64,000 nt of DNA from Calditrichia bacterium (GCA_963796965.1 CAWCNS010000005.1:768001-832000), one strand, 5' to 3'. Positions 20,233 through 31,916 are shown, counted from the stretch's first letter. The notes: generated by a model not told the origin, from the sequence alone. Translations and numbers: made by a program.

Positions 20233-22395
20233 TTATTCAATAATTATCTCATCGACAAACAGCCAGGCTTTACCGCCGGAATTAAAATGTGGATGAGGAC
20301 AAAGACCCATGTTTTTCGCTTCGATATTAATATACCGGGTAGAATTATTAATACTATCTAAAACATAATCTTTCACATAAACCTTTTGCTCAAAAGGTGA
20401 AATATTAAATTTAACATTTCCAATAGCATTAAAACTTTTCCCATCATTTGAAATAGAAAAAATAACGGAATCGGGCACAAAAACCGATTCGTATACATTT
20501 TTTAAAAATCCAACAGAAATTTTTTCAACCAGAATTACTTCACCCAAATCAACCGTTGCGTTCAGGTCATTTTGCGCAAATCCAAGCCACTCACCGTCGG
20601 TATGATCAAGTGAGCCACGATTAAGATTATTGAGTACGTCAACATCTGCATTGGAAAAGTAGGAGTTCCATTCACTGGCGAATTGAATATCATCCTGCCT
20701 GATGGTCTTGGTTATCTGATGGCTACTTACCCGGCTGTCGGCGAAACCGTCTTTAATAGCAATTGCTTTTACAGTAGTTGTTGTATCGATGGCAATGGGC
20801 TGATTATAAAGCGCAGACTGTTCATCCGGGGTTTTCCCATCAAGCGTATAATAGATCTTTGCATCAGGCGTGCTGCAATTTATTTCAAAATTATAGCGGT
20901 CAGTAAAAAGATATGATCCAGGGCCCTGTTGGTCCAGGCATCTGACCAGCGGTTCTTGTACAGTTTTAGCCGCTGAACCTTCAATTCGAAAAACAAATGC
21001 CTGTTGCGATGAATGCTGCCATTCATCTTTTAATTTTTCAGGTATTTGAATGGTAAGCAGCGGATTTTCAAATGTCCACTGCAATTCATCGTCTGTACCC
21101 AGCATGGTTATTTTTGAATCATTTTGGGGAATTACTTTTGTCAGTTCCAAAGAAGCCCCGGGCCACTGCAAACAATGAACATATACTGTTCCACTGTTTT
21201 TATTTTGTGTATAACGGATTTGATCGTTTTCTTTGAAATAGGGGAATTTTCTTGTTTTATAAATTCCTTCACCGTTTATTTTGAGCCAGTCTCCGATTTC
21301 TGCCAGATTTTTTACAGCCTCTGCAGGGAGTTCGCCACTTGCAGGGGGGCCGACATCCAATAGTAAATTGCCGCCCTTGGACACAACATCTATCAATATA
21401 TGTATTATCTCTTTTGGTGATTTAAAAACATCGTCGACCCTATACGACCAACCATTGCCTAATGTCATGCATAATTCCCAGGGCCCTGGTAGCGGCCCAT
21501 CAGGAAGATTATGATGTCCTTCCGGGGTTAAATAGTTCTCAAATTTCCCTTGACCCAGGCGATCTACAACAATCATTCCAGGTTGGCTCTTCCGCGCCAT
21601 TTTCACAATCTGTTCCATATCGATATCCTGATTAAATACCGGCAGGACCTGCGCTCCGTCCAACCAAAGTATATCAACGGGTCCGTAGTTGGTAACCAGT
21701 TCCTGAATCTGATTATAAGTAAACTCCTTAAATTTCGCCCATTTTTCCGGATATTCTCTAGGGTCGTAATTTACACTATGATCCGGGTGTGGAAATTCGG
21801 GCGCCCAATAATAGGGGCTGTGCCAGTCGGGTTTTGAAAAATAAACGCCATTGCTAAATCCTCTTTCCCTGAAAGCATCAAATAAGACCTTGGTGACGTT
21901 CGCGTTTGGATTGGTATGAAATGGACAGTCAGGACCGGATACGCTAAAATCTGTTTCTTTTGTATCAAACATACAAAAACCATCATGATGTTTGGCCCCC
22001 ATAATAAAATACTTCATTCCCGCTGCTTCCGCTGCCTCTGCCCACTTTTGAGGATCAAATTTATCCGGATTAAAAGATTTGTTTAAATTGTAATAGTCTC
22101 GAAAGTATCTCTGAAAGTCATAATCTCGCTCAGCAAAGGCAGGCCCAATATCGCGTGTGTCTTTATATTTCTCTATAAGCACCCAGGAAGCAACGGCACC
22201 CCATTTACTATATAATCCCCAGTGAACAAAAAATCCAAATTTATTATCCTGGAACTCTTCCAGTTTATCAAGTACTTTCGGATCGGTTTCCTTTTCCAGC
22301 CGGTCAAATTTCGATGAAGAATTATCACTAACGCAGCCTATTAAAATGGAAATTAGAACTGTAACTATCATTATTTCTTTCGGTCTTTTACTCAT
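20233..22395 (-). CDS. Alpha-L-fucosidase (GH29) lipoprotein with chitobiase/Fn3-associated and F5/8-type modules
   Basis: KFGFFVHWG, KHHDGF, ILWLDG, SKGGNLLLDVGP, IYYTLDGKTP, GKAWLFVDEIIIE. Confidence 0.93.
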   Translation of the reverse strand: MSKRPKEIMIVTVLISILIGCVSDNSSSKFDRLEKETDPKVLDKLEEFQDNKFGFFVHWGLYSKWGAVASWVLIEKYKDTRDIGPAFAERDYDFQRYFRDYYNLNKSFNPDKFDPQKWAEAAEAAGMKYFIMGAKHHDGFCMFDTKETDFSVSGPDCPFHTNPNANVTKVLFDAFRERGFSNGVYFSKPDWHSPYYWAPEFPHPDHSVNYDPREYPEKWAKFKEFTYNQIQELVTNYGPVDILWLDGAQVLPVFNQDIDMEQIVKMARKSQPGMIVVDRLGQGKFENYLTPEGHHNLPDGPLPGPWELCMTLGNGWSYRVDDVFKSPKEIIHILIDVVSKGGNLLLDVGPPASGELPAEAVKNLAEIGDWLKINGEGIYKTRKFPYFKENDQIRYTQNKNSGTVYVHCLQWPGASLELTKVIPQNDSKITMLGTDDELQWTFENPLLTIQIPEKLKDEWQHSSQQAFVFRIEGSAAKTVQEPLVRCLDQQGPGSYLFTDRYNFEINCSTPDAKIYYTLDGKTPDEQSALYNQPIAIDTTTTVKAIAIKDGFADSRVSSHQITKTIRQDDIQFASEWNSYFSNADVDVLNNLNRGSLDHTDGEWLGFAQNDLNATVDLGEVILVEKISVGFLKNVYESVFVPDSVIFSISNDGKSFNAIGNVKFNISPFEQKVYVKDYVLDSINNSTRYINIEAKNMGLCPHPHFNSGGKAWLFVDEIIIE

Positions 22396-22469
22396 TGGTT
22401 ATTCATTTCTTTTAAGAATTTTCACTATGGGTACCTCCGTTCCTTTTTCCCCTGCAACGCCAGTAACTT

Positions 22470-23939
22470 TTATTGATTTTTGAGTTTAGGAATTTTAATT
22501 ACCCAGGCATGCTCACACGGTGGATTTTTCCTTATCGAATCAGGGATATTTACCACAATTCCATCCTCTGTTGTTTCCCAGGTTAATTTCTCTTTTACAC
22601 CAAGCATAAAAATATCCGCATTATTTACGGGTTGCATATTGTTAATTTGTATCACTGCAGGCAAAGTTCGCTCGTTTTCGTCAGGCAAATAAACTGCATA
22701 GACTGTATCTTTATTCTTCTTTCTGGTGAAGCATACTTTACCCTTTTTATAAGGTGCTGCTGTGCGGGTTTCGTAAATGGCTTCGCTGTTCACTTTCATC
22801 CACTCTCCGATTTTTTCGAGCCGGTCGTAAGCATCTGCCGGCCAGGTTCCATCCGGAGCTGGTCCTATATTTAAAAGCAGATTACCACCTTTGGATACGA
22901 CATTCACCAGAATATTTATTAATTGATGGGCAGATTTGAATTCCGCGTTTGGTGTATATGACCACCCCGGTGTGGAAGTAATGCACGATTCCCATGGATA
23001 AGGTATCATATTTTCAGGGATTCGGTTTTCAGGTGTCAGGTAATTTTCATATTCACTTTTGACCCATCGATCGACAATCAGCAATTCCGGCTGATAGTTA
23101 CGAGCCATTTTAGCAATTCTGGCCATATCGATATCCTGATTCCAGTTTTTCTTTTGTGCCCATTCTTTATATTTCTCGGGCATATTGTCAATGGGCCTCA
23201 CCCAGGCACCGTCAAGCCATAGAATATCGATATTTCCATAGTTTGACATCAATTCTTCAATTTGGTTGTACGTATAGTCCTTAAACTTTTGCCAACGCTT
23301 GGGATGTTTAGCCGGATCATAATTAACGTGTCTATCTGGTGTTGCATAATAAGGCCACCAATAGTATTCTGTACTCCAGTCGGGTTTGGAATAATAAATA
23401 CCTGTCCAAAATCCTTCCTCCCGAAAAACAGCCAGAATTTCATCCACTACATTAGCACGAGGATTTTGACTAAACGGACAGCTGGGATCTGTAATGTTAT
23501 ACGTTGTCGTTTTTGTATCAAACATACAAAATCCATCATGATGTTTTGCCATCGCAACGATATATTTCATCCCCGCAGATTTTGCAGCTCTGACCCACTT
23601 TTCCGGTTCGAATTTTTCCGGATTAAATGTTTTTTGAAGATTGGTATAGTCAATTTTATATAAATCATAATTTTCATACCGTCCGTTTCTTCTCTGAATC
23701 CATTCTTCATTACAGATTGACCAACCCTCTACAACTCCCCACTGGCTGTAAGGTCCCCAGGTCATCATCAAACCAAATTTCAGGTCCTGCCATTGTTTAA
23801 GTTTTTGAACTATCTCAGGTTCAGTTGGCCCGATGTATTCTTCCTGACGCTCTTGATGCAGCGGATCAGCTTGTGCAAATAAGTCCATAGTAAATCCCAG
23901 CATTAAAATTAAAAGAATTATTTTTTTCACAATTTCCAT
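22470..23939 (-). CDS. Alpha-L-fucosidase (GH29)
   Basis: KFGLMMTWG, KHHDGF, ILWLDG, SKGGNLLLNIGP; start MEIVKK overlaps the upstream sulfatase stop. Confidence 0.93.
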   Translation of the reverse strand: MEIVKKIILLILMLGFTMDLFAQADPLHQERQEEYIGPTEPEIVQKLKQWQDLKFGLMMTWGPYSQWGVVEGWSICNEEWIQRRNGRYENYDLYKIDYTNLQKTFNPEKFEPEKWVRAAKSAGMKYIVAMAKHHDGFCMFDTKTTTYNITDPSCPFSQNPRANVVDEILAVFREEGFWTGIYYSKPDWSTEYYWWPYYATPDRHVNYDPAKHPKRWQKFKDYTYNQIEELMSNYGNIDILWLDGAWVRPIDNMPEKYKEWAQKKNWNQDIDMARIAKMARNYQPELLIVDRWVKSEYENYLTPENRIPENMIPYPWESCITSTPGWSYTPNAEFKSAHQLINILVNVVSKGGNLLLNIGPAPDGTWPADAYDRLEKIGEWMKVNSEAIYETRTAAPYKKGKVCFTRKKNKDTVYAVYLPDENERTLPAVIQINNMQPVNNADIFMLGVKEKLTWETTEDGIVVNIPDSIRKNPPCEHAWVIKIPKLKNQ

Positions 23940-25421
23940 TCCTGACTTTGTGCTGTTATTTTCACATCCCATATTTGAGGTGGATTCGGGTAATACTTTG
24001 GTTCACTGTCTTTTACCGGAAACAATTTTATAGTTTCCATTAATTTGTCGAAATTCTTTTTCCGTTCAAGAGTACGCAAACTGTCGATGATATTATTCTC
24101 CTCAAAAGTATCTATCAACAAATCAAAGAATTTTTCAGGTTCCCTATTTGAATCAATATATAACTTGTATTTCTTGTTTCGCAACACTCTGTTCCTGAAA
24201 ATATATTGATTCTCAACTCCATTCTCAGTAAGACGGGCATTGTTGCCTCCTCCCATCCCTAAAATCCATTCGCGGTGTGATTCTTGAGAATTATTAAGTA
24301 ATACTTCTTTTATGGATTTGCCATCAATTACATATTTTTTATTTCCTTTAACTAATTCTCCTTGAGGTGTTACACCGGCAATATCAAGACATGTGGGAAA
24401 TAGGTCAGTAAAATCTATCAGTGCTTGCGATTCATGGTTCGATTCAACATGATTGGGCCAACTGACTATGAATGGTGCACATATTCCTGATTCTGTTATT
24501 CTGCTTTTTCCTCCTTTTAACCTCCTTCCTTTATAATTAGTCTTCTATCCTGCTGGTTGTACCATTATCAGTCGTCCAAATGACTATGGTATTGTCTCGT
24601 ATTTTAGCATCTTCCAAAGCCTGAACTATTTCTCCTGTAATCTTATCGGTATATTTTACCATAGCTTTGTGTTTGCCTAAAACGGTATCAGAAGAATCAT
24701 CAGGGGTATTGATAAAAGGGGTATGTGTTAATACCATTGGATAATAAATGAACATAGACGTATCTTTATATGTATGGATAAAGTTGATAATAAAGTCGCG
24801 GAAAATGTCAGGGCCAAATTCCCCCTCATAAGTTTTACTACCCTTTTTCGTAAAGATATATGGATTTTGATATCTATTTCCACTTGCAGCTACACCCGTT
24901 TCATAACCCGTCCACATACAATATTCATCAAACCCATTTTTAGTCAAAGCTTCCGGCTCTACACGGAAATCATCAATCTGCCATTTACCGGCAATACAGG
25001 TTTTATAACCTGCGTTTTTCATTTCTATTCCAAGGGAGGGATTCATTGTTTCATCAAAGTGGGCACCTCCACCCCAACGTGGAACATCCCAGTGATTAAC
25101 CCAACCATGCCTGAATGGATATTGACCGGTAAGTAAGGAAACTCTTGTAGGTGTGCATTGCGGCATTGAATAAACATTGTGGAACATAGTGCCACTTTTT
25201 GCCAGTGCATCTATGTTTGGCGTATTAATATCCTCTGCACCATAACAACTCACCCATTCTTTACTTAGATCATCAACCATTATAAAAATCACATTGGGTT
25301 TGGAGTTATTCGCCACTTCATATTTTTTCTCTTTACTCTGATTACAAGCAAACAACAATGAAATCCCTGCTAAAGCAGTTAATCCAAGTGTTATTTTTAT
25401 AAACCAACTAGAATATGACAT
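23927..25421 (-). CDS. Sulfatase (S1, Cys-type) lipoprotein; frameshift near 24540
   Basis: PNVIFIMVDDL, CTPTRVSLLTG, TDNG. The shifted frame gives GGKSRITESGICAPFIVSWP and DFTDLFPT and joins ORF 23927..24256. Confidence 0.88.
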
Positions 25422-25449
25422 GTGTTTATATTCCGCTAAGATTAAACCT

Positions 25450-28400
25450 TTATTCTATAATAATCTCATCCACAAACAACCATGCTTTACCGCCCGCTCC
25501 GGGATGCCCTTCAGGACAACGGATCCGATTTTTTGCCTTTACACGCACATAGCGCACATTAGCAGCATCAAATGAGACCTTAATGTCATAGGGTCCCATC
25601 TCACCAAACAGCGATAAATCAGTAGCTCCAATAGCCTTGGCTATTTGCTCAGTATTGATAATTCCCGCTTGCTGAAAACTTTTTCCATCTTCTGATAGGG
25701 ATACTTCAACCTGCACGGGCAGAAAGATCCAGCTGCGGATATCATTCAGACATCCAATGGTCACCTGGCTGATTGTTTTGCCTTCACCCATATCGATAAC
25801 TGATTCTAAATCATTTTCCTCAAACCCCAACCAGCGGCCATCGTTAAAGTTCGTTCCTCCTCTTCGTCCATCTACCAAAGTAGAGGGACCATTACCGGGA
25901 TATTTCGCACTTGCCGGTGTAGCGAGTTCTAACCCTTTAACCGCCGTAAATTTGAAAAACTTTGCCTTCGAGGAACGCAGGCTGCGTTTTCCATGAAGAT
26001 ATGATATGACTTTTAAGGTGGAAGTCTCAGTTATCTGGAGGGGTGATTCATAGCGTTGCGAAGATTGATCCGGTTCTGTTCCATCTAATGTGTAATGCAA
26101 ACTGACGCGCTCGTTAAATCCATTCAGTCTGACAGCAATTGAATCACTAAATGATTTTTGTCTGATAACGTCACCTTTCTCATCTTGTATTGCAGGAGGC
26201 CGGGGGAAATCTGACAATGAAAAGCTCGTGAGTTTACCTAATCCCATTTTTATTGGAAATCGCCGTCTTACTATGGAAAGTTCCAGATCCTGATCAGGGG
26301 TAATCTGTTTCGATTCCGCCCAATCCATCCAGCCATGACCGGTTAGTTCAATCCTTTTTAGATCAATTGTTCCATTTAAAACTTTTAACCGTGTATTATA
26401 GGCATTATTCTTTTTATCGAAAGATATCGTTCCGTAGGCAGAACCGTTTGACCAGAAGAAATTACCTTCTACCGGTTTAAAGGTCATCTTTTCTTCTACG
26501 GCAGAATACTGAAATCCACTGATGGCTAAGACAGCAGCCCAACTGGCCATGGCGCGCGCGTAATGATGCCCACATTCCGCCTCATCAAAAGGACTACGTT
26601 TGCGTCCGTCATAGCGGTTCCTGATATTCCGGATACACCGCAAGCCTTCTTCTTCCTGGCCTTCATAAAGCATACCAATAGCAGCTGTGTATTCAAAACC
26701 GGTCATTACTTCATTAAAATAGGGAAAGGGATTTTTGGGTCTTTCATATGGATAGCTGGCCATCAATAAAGCCGCTTCCTCCCCTAAGGCATAAGAACGC
26801 ATATTATTAAAGTGCGAACTCATAGAAGAACGATAATTATACTTGAGAATGGCCTGGAGGGTTTTTTTAATATTTTCAGGTTCCGCCAGGTAACCCAGGC
26901 CACAAATATGAGCCATATATTGACCGACGAGTTGATCGACAAGGCATCCTCTGGCTAGTTGGTAGGCAGGGTCCGTATAATCCGATGCTCCCATACCCGC
27001 TGTCAGACCAGGTGCAATAGCGGAAGGGTCTTCCGGTGGCATGACCTTGTGCTCATAATACTCACCATTAAATAAGTTCTCGTCCACCCAGGCGCTTCCG
27101 TGGTTGAATAAAGCGCGGCATATTTCAGAAAATTCAATATCGCCCAGATAAATGGCCATTTCCTCAGCGGCACGCAGGGCTCCCAGGTACCAGAATTGCA
27201 TTTGCGGGTTGGGGCCATAATATTCCACATCCATCGTATTATGCTGGCATCCTTCCATCACCCCATCTATATCGCCATCCCATCCACCTTCAATCCAGCA
27301 GAATTCAAGAGCCTTCTTTACATTTGGCCAAAGTCTTTTTAGCAATTCATCATCACCGGAGAGTTGCCATTCACGGTACATTTTCATAATTGTACCCAGT
27401 TGCCCATCTGCAGCAGCCACACCTGAAGCCTGGGCGCTGCTTAGTGGCAATCCTACCCGAAAACTCATTAAACCCTTTGGGTTGGTGGAATAATCAAACT
27501 CTATAATTCGCATTTTTTGGGCCAGGTCACCAAAAGTAAAAGCAGTGGCCTGTTCATAATTCCAGACATGGGTGCAGGAACCCATGCAGCATCCGGAATT
27601 ATCGTTACAGCCTTCCCAACCAAAAAAGAAACCATCGGCAGTTCGAAAACAGGTTTGCGTACGCAAGGTACTTAGATTAAAAAGAGCCGCCTCTTTTACT
27701 TCTGCCGGATAGTCACTTTGACAAAAAGCCTGGACAAAATCGATGGTTTTATTTTCCAATTCATTTAATTTTGGTAACGCCTTTTCAACAACATCCCAGG
27801 CGTCTTTAAATTGTGTTGTATAATAATTTCCAACAGATTCCGGTGACCAGGCAAAACGGTTTGGAAAATGCCAGGTGATAAAAAAGGTAATTGATTTTTT
27901 CTGGTTTGGTTCAAGTTCGATGGCGGAAGCCAGAGAGGCACGGGGTGTATTTCCACCTGTGAATGGTTTTTCTGTTAATATTCCGTCTGCACTAAAATCG
28001 TCCCAAAATTCAAGTATATCATTGCCCCAGCCTCCTCGCTCTAGGGAGGTACGGTAGGTGATATCCGGTCCGCTTAGAGTTGTCAGAGCCATAGTACCCC
28101 ATTGTTCAGATTCAGGCTTAATTCCATTAGAAGACATGAAGATCCCCTGAAAATCATCCGATTTTCTAAAATCATTTCTGTTTGATACGGCACCCTGGGG
28201 AATAAAAGTACCCTTCCAACTCTGGTCAAACTTACTGCCATCACTTCCAATAAAATTTTCAAAGGAACCGCAAATGGAAACTTTTACATTCTCATCAGTC
28301 TTATTCCTGAGCACATATCTTAAGACAGCAATCGGAATCCCACTGGCATCCGCATCACCAGGAATGAGGGGATTAAAGGCCTGTAATGTAACATCAACCG

Positions 28401-28881
28401 GCAAATCCTGATCAGCAAAATGTATCTGACCAAAGGGATAGGCCGCATCAAAACTAATTTCACGAAAACGTGGCAAGCCGTGGTTATCCGCACCGGTGCC
28501 ATCCGAACTTTCATATTCTGACAGATCCATTGGGCCCATCAACGCCCGGCTTACCGGAGCATGACCTGCTTGTTCAGTAAAAATCGCAAAAAATGGCGCA
28601 CGGTTACCGACAGGTGTACCATGAAATCCCTTTGCCGGTCGGTTTACAATCTCCCAGTGACGCAGGGCACCATTCCCCATTAAAGAAATGGTTCCGGTAC
28701 CGATGCCACCAATGGGCAAAGCCAGGCGTAGTAAATGGTCCTGATCATAATGTTTTAATACCGGCCAGACCTTATTATTAGCCTCCTCAGGAGTCTGTGC
28801 ACCAACCACCATCAAATCTGATAATAATATAATGGTCATTATAAAAGTCCAATATATTATTTTCTTTTGCTTAAAGATCAT
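25450..28881 (-). CDS. GH116 (GBA2-like) glycoside hydrolase with chitobiase/Fn3-associated and F5/8-type modules
   Basis: LPIGGIGTGTI, GWEGC, GSCTHVWNY, HNTMDVE, EVMTGFEY, ECGHHYARAM; ends GKAWLFVDEIIIE. Confidence 0.9.
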   Translation of the reverse strand: MIFKQKKIIYWTFIMTIILLSDLMVVGAQTPEEANNKVWPVLKHYDQDHLLRLALPIGGIGTGTISLMGNGALRHWEIVNRPAKGFHGTPVGNRAPFFAIFTEQAGHAPVSRALMGPMDLSEYESSDGTGADNHGLPRFREISFDAAYPFGQIHFADQDLPVDVTLQAFNPLIPGDADASGIPIAVLRYVLRNKTDENVKVSICGSFENFIGSDGSKFDQSWKGTFIPQGAVSNRNDFRKSDDFQGIFMSSNGIKPESEQWGTMALTTLSGPDITYRTSLERGGWGNDILEFWDDFSADGILTEKPFTGGNTPRASLASAIELEPNQKKSITFFITWHFPNRFAWSPESVGNYYTTQFKDAWDVVEKALPKLNELENKTIDFVQAFCQSDYPAEVKEAALFNLSTLRTQTCFRTADGFFFGWEGCNDNSGCCMGSCTHVWNYEQATAFTFGDLAQKMRIIEFDYSTNPKGLMSFRVGLPLSSAQASGVAAADGQLGTIMKMYREWQLSGDDELLKRLWPNVKKALEFCWIEGGWDGDIDGVMEGCQHNTMDVEYYGPNPQMQFWYLGALRAAEEMAIYLGDIEFSEICRALFNHGSAWVDENLFNGEYYEHKVMPPEDPSAIAPGLTAGMGASDYTDPAYQLARGCLVDQLVGQYMAHICGLGYLAEPENIKKTLQAILKYNYRSSMSSHFNNMRSYALGEEAALLMASYPYERPKNPFPYFNEVMTGFEYTAAIGMLYEGQEEEGLRCIRNIRNRYDGRKRSPFDEAECGHHYARAMASWAAVLAISGFQYSAVEEKMTFKPVEGNFFWSNGSAYGTISFDKKNNAYNTRLKVLNGTIDLKRIELTGHGWMDWAESKQITPDQDLELSIVRRRFPIKMGLGKLTSFSLSDFPRPPAIQDEKGDVIRQKSFSDSIAVRLNGFNERVSLHYTLDGTEPDQSSQRYESPLQITETSTLKVISYLHGKRSLRSSKAKFFKFTAVKGLELATPASAKYPGNGPSTLVDGRRGGTNFNDGRWLGFEENDLESVIDMGEGKTISQVTIGCLNDIRSWIFLPVQVEVSLSEDGKSFQQAGIINTEQIAKAIGATDLSLFGEMGPYDIKVSFDAANVRYVRVKAKNRIRCPEGHPGAGGKAWLFVDEIIIE

Positions 28882-28963
28882 ATCTAAAAAACCTCCTATA
28901 ACCGTTTCAAATTATATCACAAAATTCAGATACATAGAGACAATCAAATACCAATTTCTATTA

Positions 28964-29021
28964 TGTCATCCTGAAAGGATCTTCCCATTTAAATGAGATC
29001 CCGAAACAAGTTCGGGATGAC
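28964..29021. repeat. GTCATCC...GGATGAC palindromic repeat pair
   Basis: tgtcatcctgaaaggatct ... agatcccgaaacaagttcgggatgac; same family as 33448-33505. Confidence 0.8.
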
Positions 29022-29100
29022 CTAACCACAGTTATCTGAACTACCTATGATGTTCAATTCAAATAAATATTTACGATTATTATTTTTAACTAAACGTTTT

Positions 29101-29290
29101 TTCCGTGTCCTCCGTGGTTTAAAAAAAATCTTGCATCACGCAAAGACGCAGAGAAATATATTAGGGTTTTAGATCTTGCTAATAATAAATCATTCATCTA
29201 AAACCAATAAACTTCACTACCCGATTACAAAAAATCGAAATAGTCTTTTCTTTGTGTGCTTTGTGTTTAAGCTTTTTTCTCGCAAAGATG
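29101..29290. repeat. Cluster of 9-nt-periodic repeat arms (CACGGA, CGCAAAG and CACAAAG types)
   Basis: ttccgtgtcctccgtggtt; tcacgcaaagacgcagag; ctttgtgtgctttgtg; tctcgcaaag. Confidence 0.65.
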
Positions 29291-29304
29291 AGATTCTCTG
29301 ATGA

Positions 29305-31878
29305 TCAATCAAGCGATTCTTGATCTATGAGCCATTCATGTTCCATACTTATTTTCCCTCCCGGAGGAACCTCCTGTTCTTGGGTGTGAACCTCCATTTT
29401 GGCCATATTTAATTTCTCTGAATCTGAGTATTGACACGAGACGACCTGATTCCTATCAAAACGGTGTTCGAGAGTCAAATCATCAACGATATATTCCAGA
29501 CGCCAGACACCGGCTGGTTTATTTGAGCCATAATATCTTCCCGCTTTTTCAGGATCTGATGAAACCGGTATTTTAAAGGAACCATCCTTGGCACGGGCCT
29601 TTAACACAGTTTTATAAGGATCCGCATTAACAATCATGCGGCACACAAGTTTATAGGTCTTCGCAACTTTGTTTTCATTTAAAATGCTTGATGAAATATG
29701 AATCCGTGACCCAACTTCCGGTACGGTTATTTTACGAATGAAGCGAAGACCGGTATCATAATGTGAGACAAATGCCTCTGGTTTCTTCTGTATGAGGGTT
29801 AGGGTTTTTCCATCTATTTTAGCCTCATATGAATTGGCAAATCCCGTCCCCCCCCATTTCCATGCTGTCACTTCATCATAACCACCACATACCGGATAAA
29901 AGTTTTCCGTTGGATCCTGGAGATTAATAAGATTTGTGCCTGATTTCTTGTAAACCATGCTAATGATTCGACCACCCAGATCCGGAACTACATCCAGCCG
30001 AACATCCTTATTTTCTATTGTTACAATTCTATGTTTTTTAAGCCGCTGTCCTATCATGTGCAGGAGTTTAGCATCACGGCTTTCTTCACGTAACTCCCGG
30101 ACATCAAACCGTTTGAGATCCTCTACAAATCGATCATAATCTTCGAGGCTTATCGTATTCCCGATGGGAACATATTCATCATTCCATATTTCAAGACGGC
30201 CAGAATTTAAGACTAATCTGAGATAGGTAACCGCCAACCTACTTTTATTTATATAATAAGTTGCCGTTTCATCGCCTTGCGCTAAATCGAGTGCCTGATC
30301 ATGAAGTTTCTCCATTTGGGAGAGAACAGTCTTGGGCCACATTTCTTCTGTAACTTTATCAAAGACATGGAGATGCCGATCCGGTGCAGATACCTGAGCA
30401 TGCATCAGATCATAGTAGGCACGCATTGGTTGGAAGGCTTTACCATAAACGCCCTGTAAATATTCATTCACGAGATCATCAGCATTCTGGTAGGGATTCC
30501 AAAGAAGTCGGGCCATTACCCAGGCACGCAAATCAGCATCCGCACTGCCGGGTCCATGACCACCTGAACCCTGAAAAAAGATGCCTCTGACACCCTTTTG
30601 GTGATAGGTTTTAATATCCTCAGTAAATTCCATGAAATCAGGAAAAGGCATGAGCAAATGTCGAAAGTCCGTAACATAATGCCATACGGACATTCGATCT
30701 GTTAATCCAGACCATCCATCGAATCGTTCCCTGAACGTTACAGACGCCGGATCTGTACAGGTTGTAAAAGGATGAGAAACACAAATATCAATGGGAGCGA
30801 GTTGAATAAACACATTTTGTCTGGGCTTTACAAATTTAGGAGGTTTTTCCGTAAAGGCATAGGCAAATGTTACGATAGACTTGTCCGGATGTTTTCTCTC
30901 CACAATCTCTGCCACTTTATTTACATACTGAATGTAAAGCCCTGCTGGCGAGCCCTCCTCCTCCATTATTTTACTGCAGTTTGGGCACAAACAATAGTTT
31001 TCATAATCATTTTGACCGAGGGCAAAGTATTTTTTCTGTGGCTCATCATCCATCCATTTTATCATATTTCTCGCAGTTAACGCAACGATTCCAGGTGCGG
31101 TAAGACATCTCTGAACATAACCTGTCACGCGTTTACCGCCGATAAGTGGAAAATATTCCGGATGCTGTTTAAATAGCGATGGCGGAATAAGTCTTTCAAA
31201 TGTATGATGTGCCTGCATACTAACGCTGCCGCCACGTGTCTCATCAAGGCGACTGTTAATGCGGTTGCGGGCACCCCAATCAAGATCAAAAGCTTCAAAG
31301 ATATAGGGATAACGATAGATAAAAGCGGGGATCTCCGTCTCATTAAGAGTCGGCACACGCAGAATATCTTCTTCCTTATACCAGGTCTTGCGATTTGTAT
31401 ACCAACGGAAGCCAAGATGTTCGAGAAAGGTATAGACACCATACATCGTACCTCTTTGTCTCCCTCCGGCAATCACAATATCTGGTGTATCAGCCTTATT
31501 CGCACTAGTTTTGATGATAAATCCCTCATCCCCCAGTTTTTGCCATTCAACTTGTTCAAACTTCTCGTCCGCCGAAAACGCACTTTTCAAGAGATCCCCG
31601 GTACCAACAAAAATTCGAGGTCCTTTCAGAGTGGAACTTTCATTTTCATCAAGTATGGGTAACCTGGCTCTGGTAGCCATATGGATAAAATGTTGCAGCT
31701 CTCTGGCCGCATGTTTTTCTGATAAGGAAGCTTCTTTTGAAAGGACAATTTTATAAGAACTTTCACCATTGCTGGCAAGAATAAAATCTTCCTTTTCTCC
31801 ACAAGCATTCATGAAACAAACGATAATGAATAATGAAGAAAGAATAAGGAATTTTGGGAGAATATTTTGTTTTTGCAT
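29305..31878 (-). CDS. DUF4838 domain lipoprotein (putative glycoside hydrolase) with C-terminal supersandwich-like domain
   Basis: RGTMYGVYTFLEHLGFRWY, HTF, HPEYFPLIGGKR, CLCPNC, LRAWVMARLLWNP; C-terminal IENKDVRLDVVPDLGGRI. Confidence 0.8.
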   Translation of the reverse strand: MQKQNILPKFLILSSLFIIVCFMNACGEKEDFILASNGESSYKIVLSKEASLSEKHAARELQHFIHMATRARLPILDENESSTLKGPRIFVGTGDLLKSAFSADEKFEQVEWQKLGDEGFIIKTSANKADTPDIVIAGGRQRGTMYGVYTFLEHLGFRWYTNRKTWYKEEDILRVPTLNETEIPAFIYRYPYIFEAFDLDWGARNRINSRLDETRGGSVSMQAHHTFERLIPPSLFKQHPEYFPLIGGKRVTGYVQRCLTAPGIVALTARNMIKWMDDEPQKKYFALGQNDYENYCLCPNCSKIMEEEGSPAGLYIQYVNKVAEIVERKHPDKSIVTFAYAFTEKPPKFVKPRQNVFIQLAPIDICVSHPFTTCTDPASVTFRERFDGWSGLTDRMSVWHYVTDFRHLLMPFPDFMEFTEDIKTYHQKGVRGIFFQGSGGHGPGSADADLRAWVMARLLWNPYQNADDLVNEYLQGVYGKAFQPMRAYYDLMHAQVSAPDRHLHVFDKVTEEMWPKTVLSQMEKLHDQALDLAQGDETATYYINKSRLAVTYLRLVLNSGRLEIWNDEYVPIGNTISLEDYDRFVEDLKRFDVRELREESRDAKLLHMIGQRLKKHRIVTIENKDVRLDVVPDLGGRIISMVYKKSGTNLINLQDPTENFYPVCGGYDEVTAWKWGGTGFANSYEAKIDGKTLTLIQKKPEAFVSHYDTGLRFIRKITVPEVGSRIHISSSILNENKVAKTYKLVCRMIVNADPYKTVLKARAKDGSFKIPVSSDPEKAGRYYGSNKPAGVWRLEYIVDDLTLEHRFDRNQVVSCQYSDSEKLNMAKMEVHTQEQEVPPGGKISMEHEWLIDQESLD

Positions 31879-31916
31879 AGGAGTCTCTATTTATTTAAGA
31901 GGTTGCGTATAAAATT

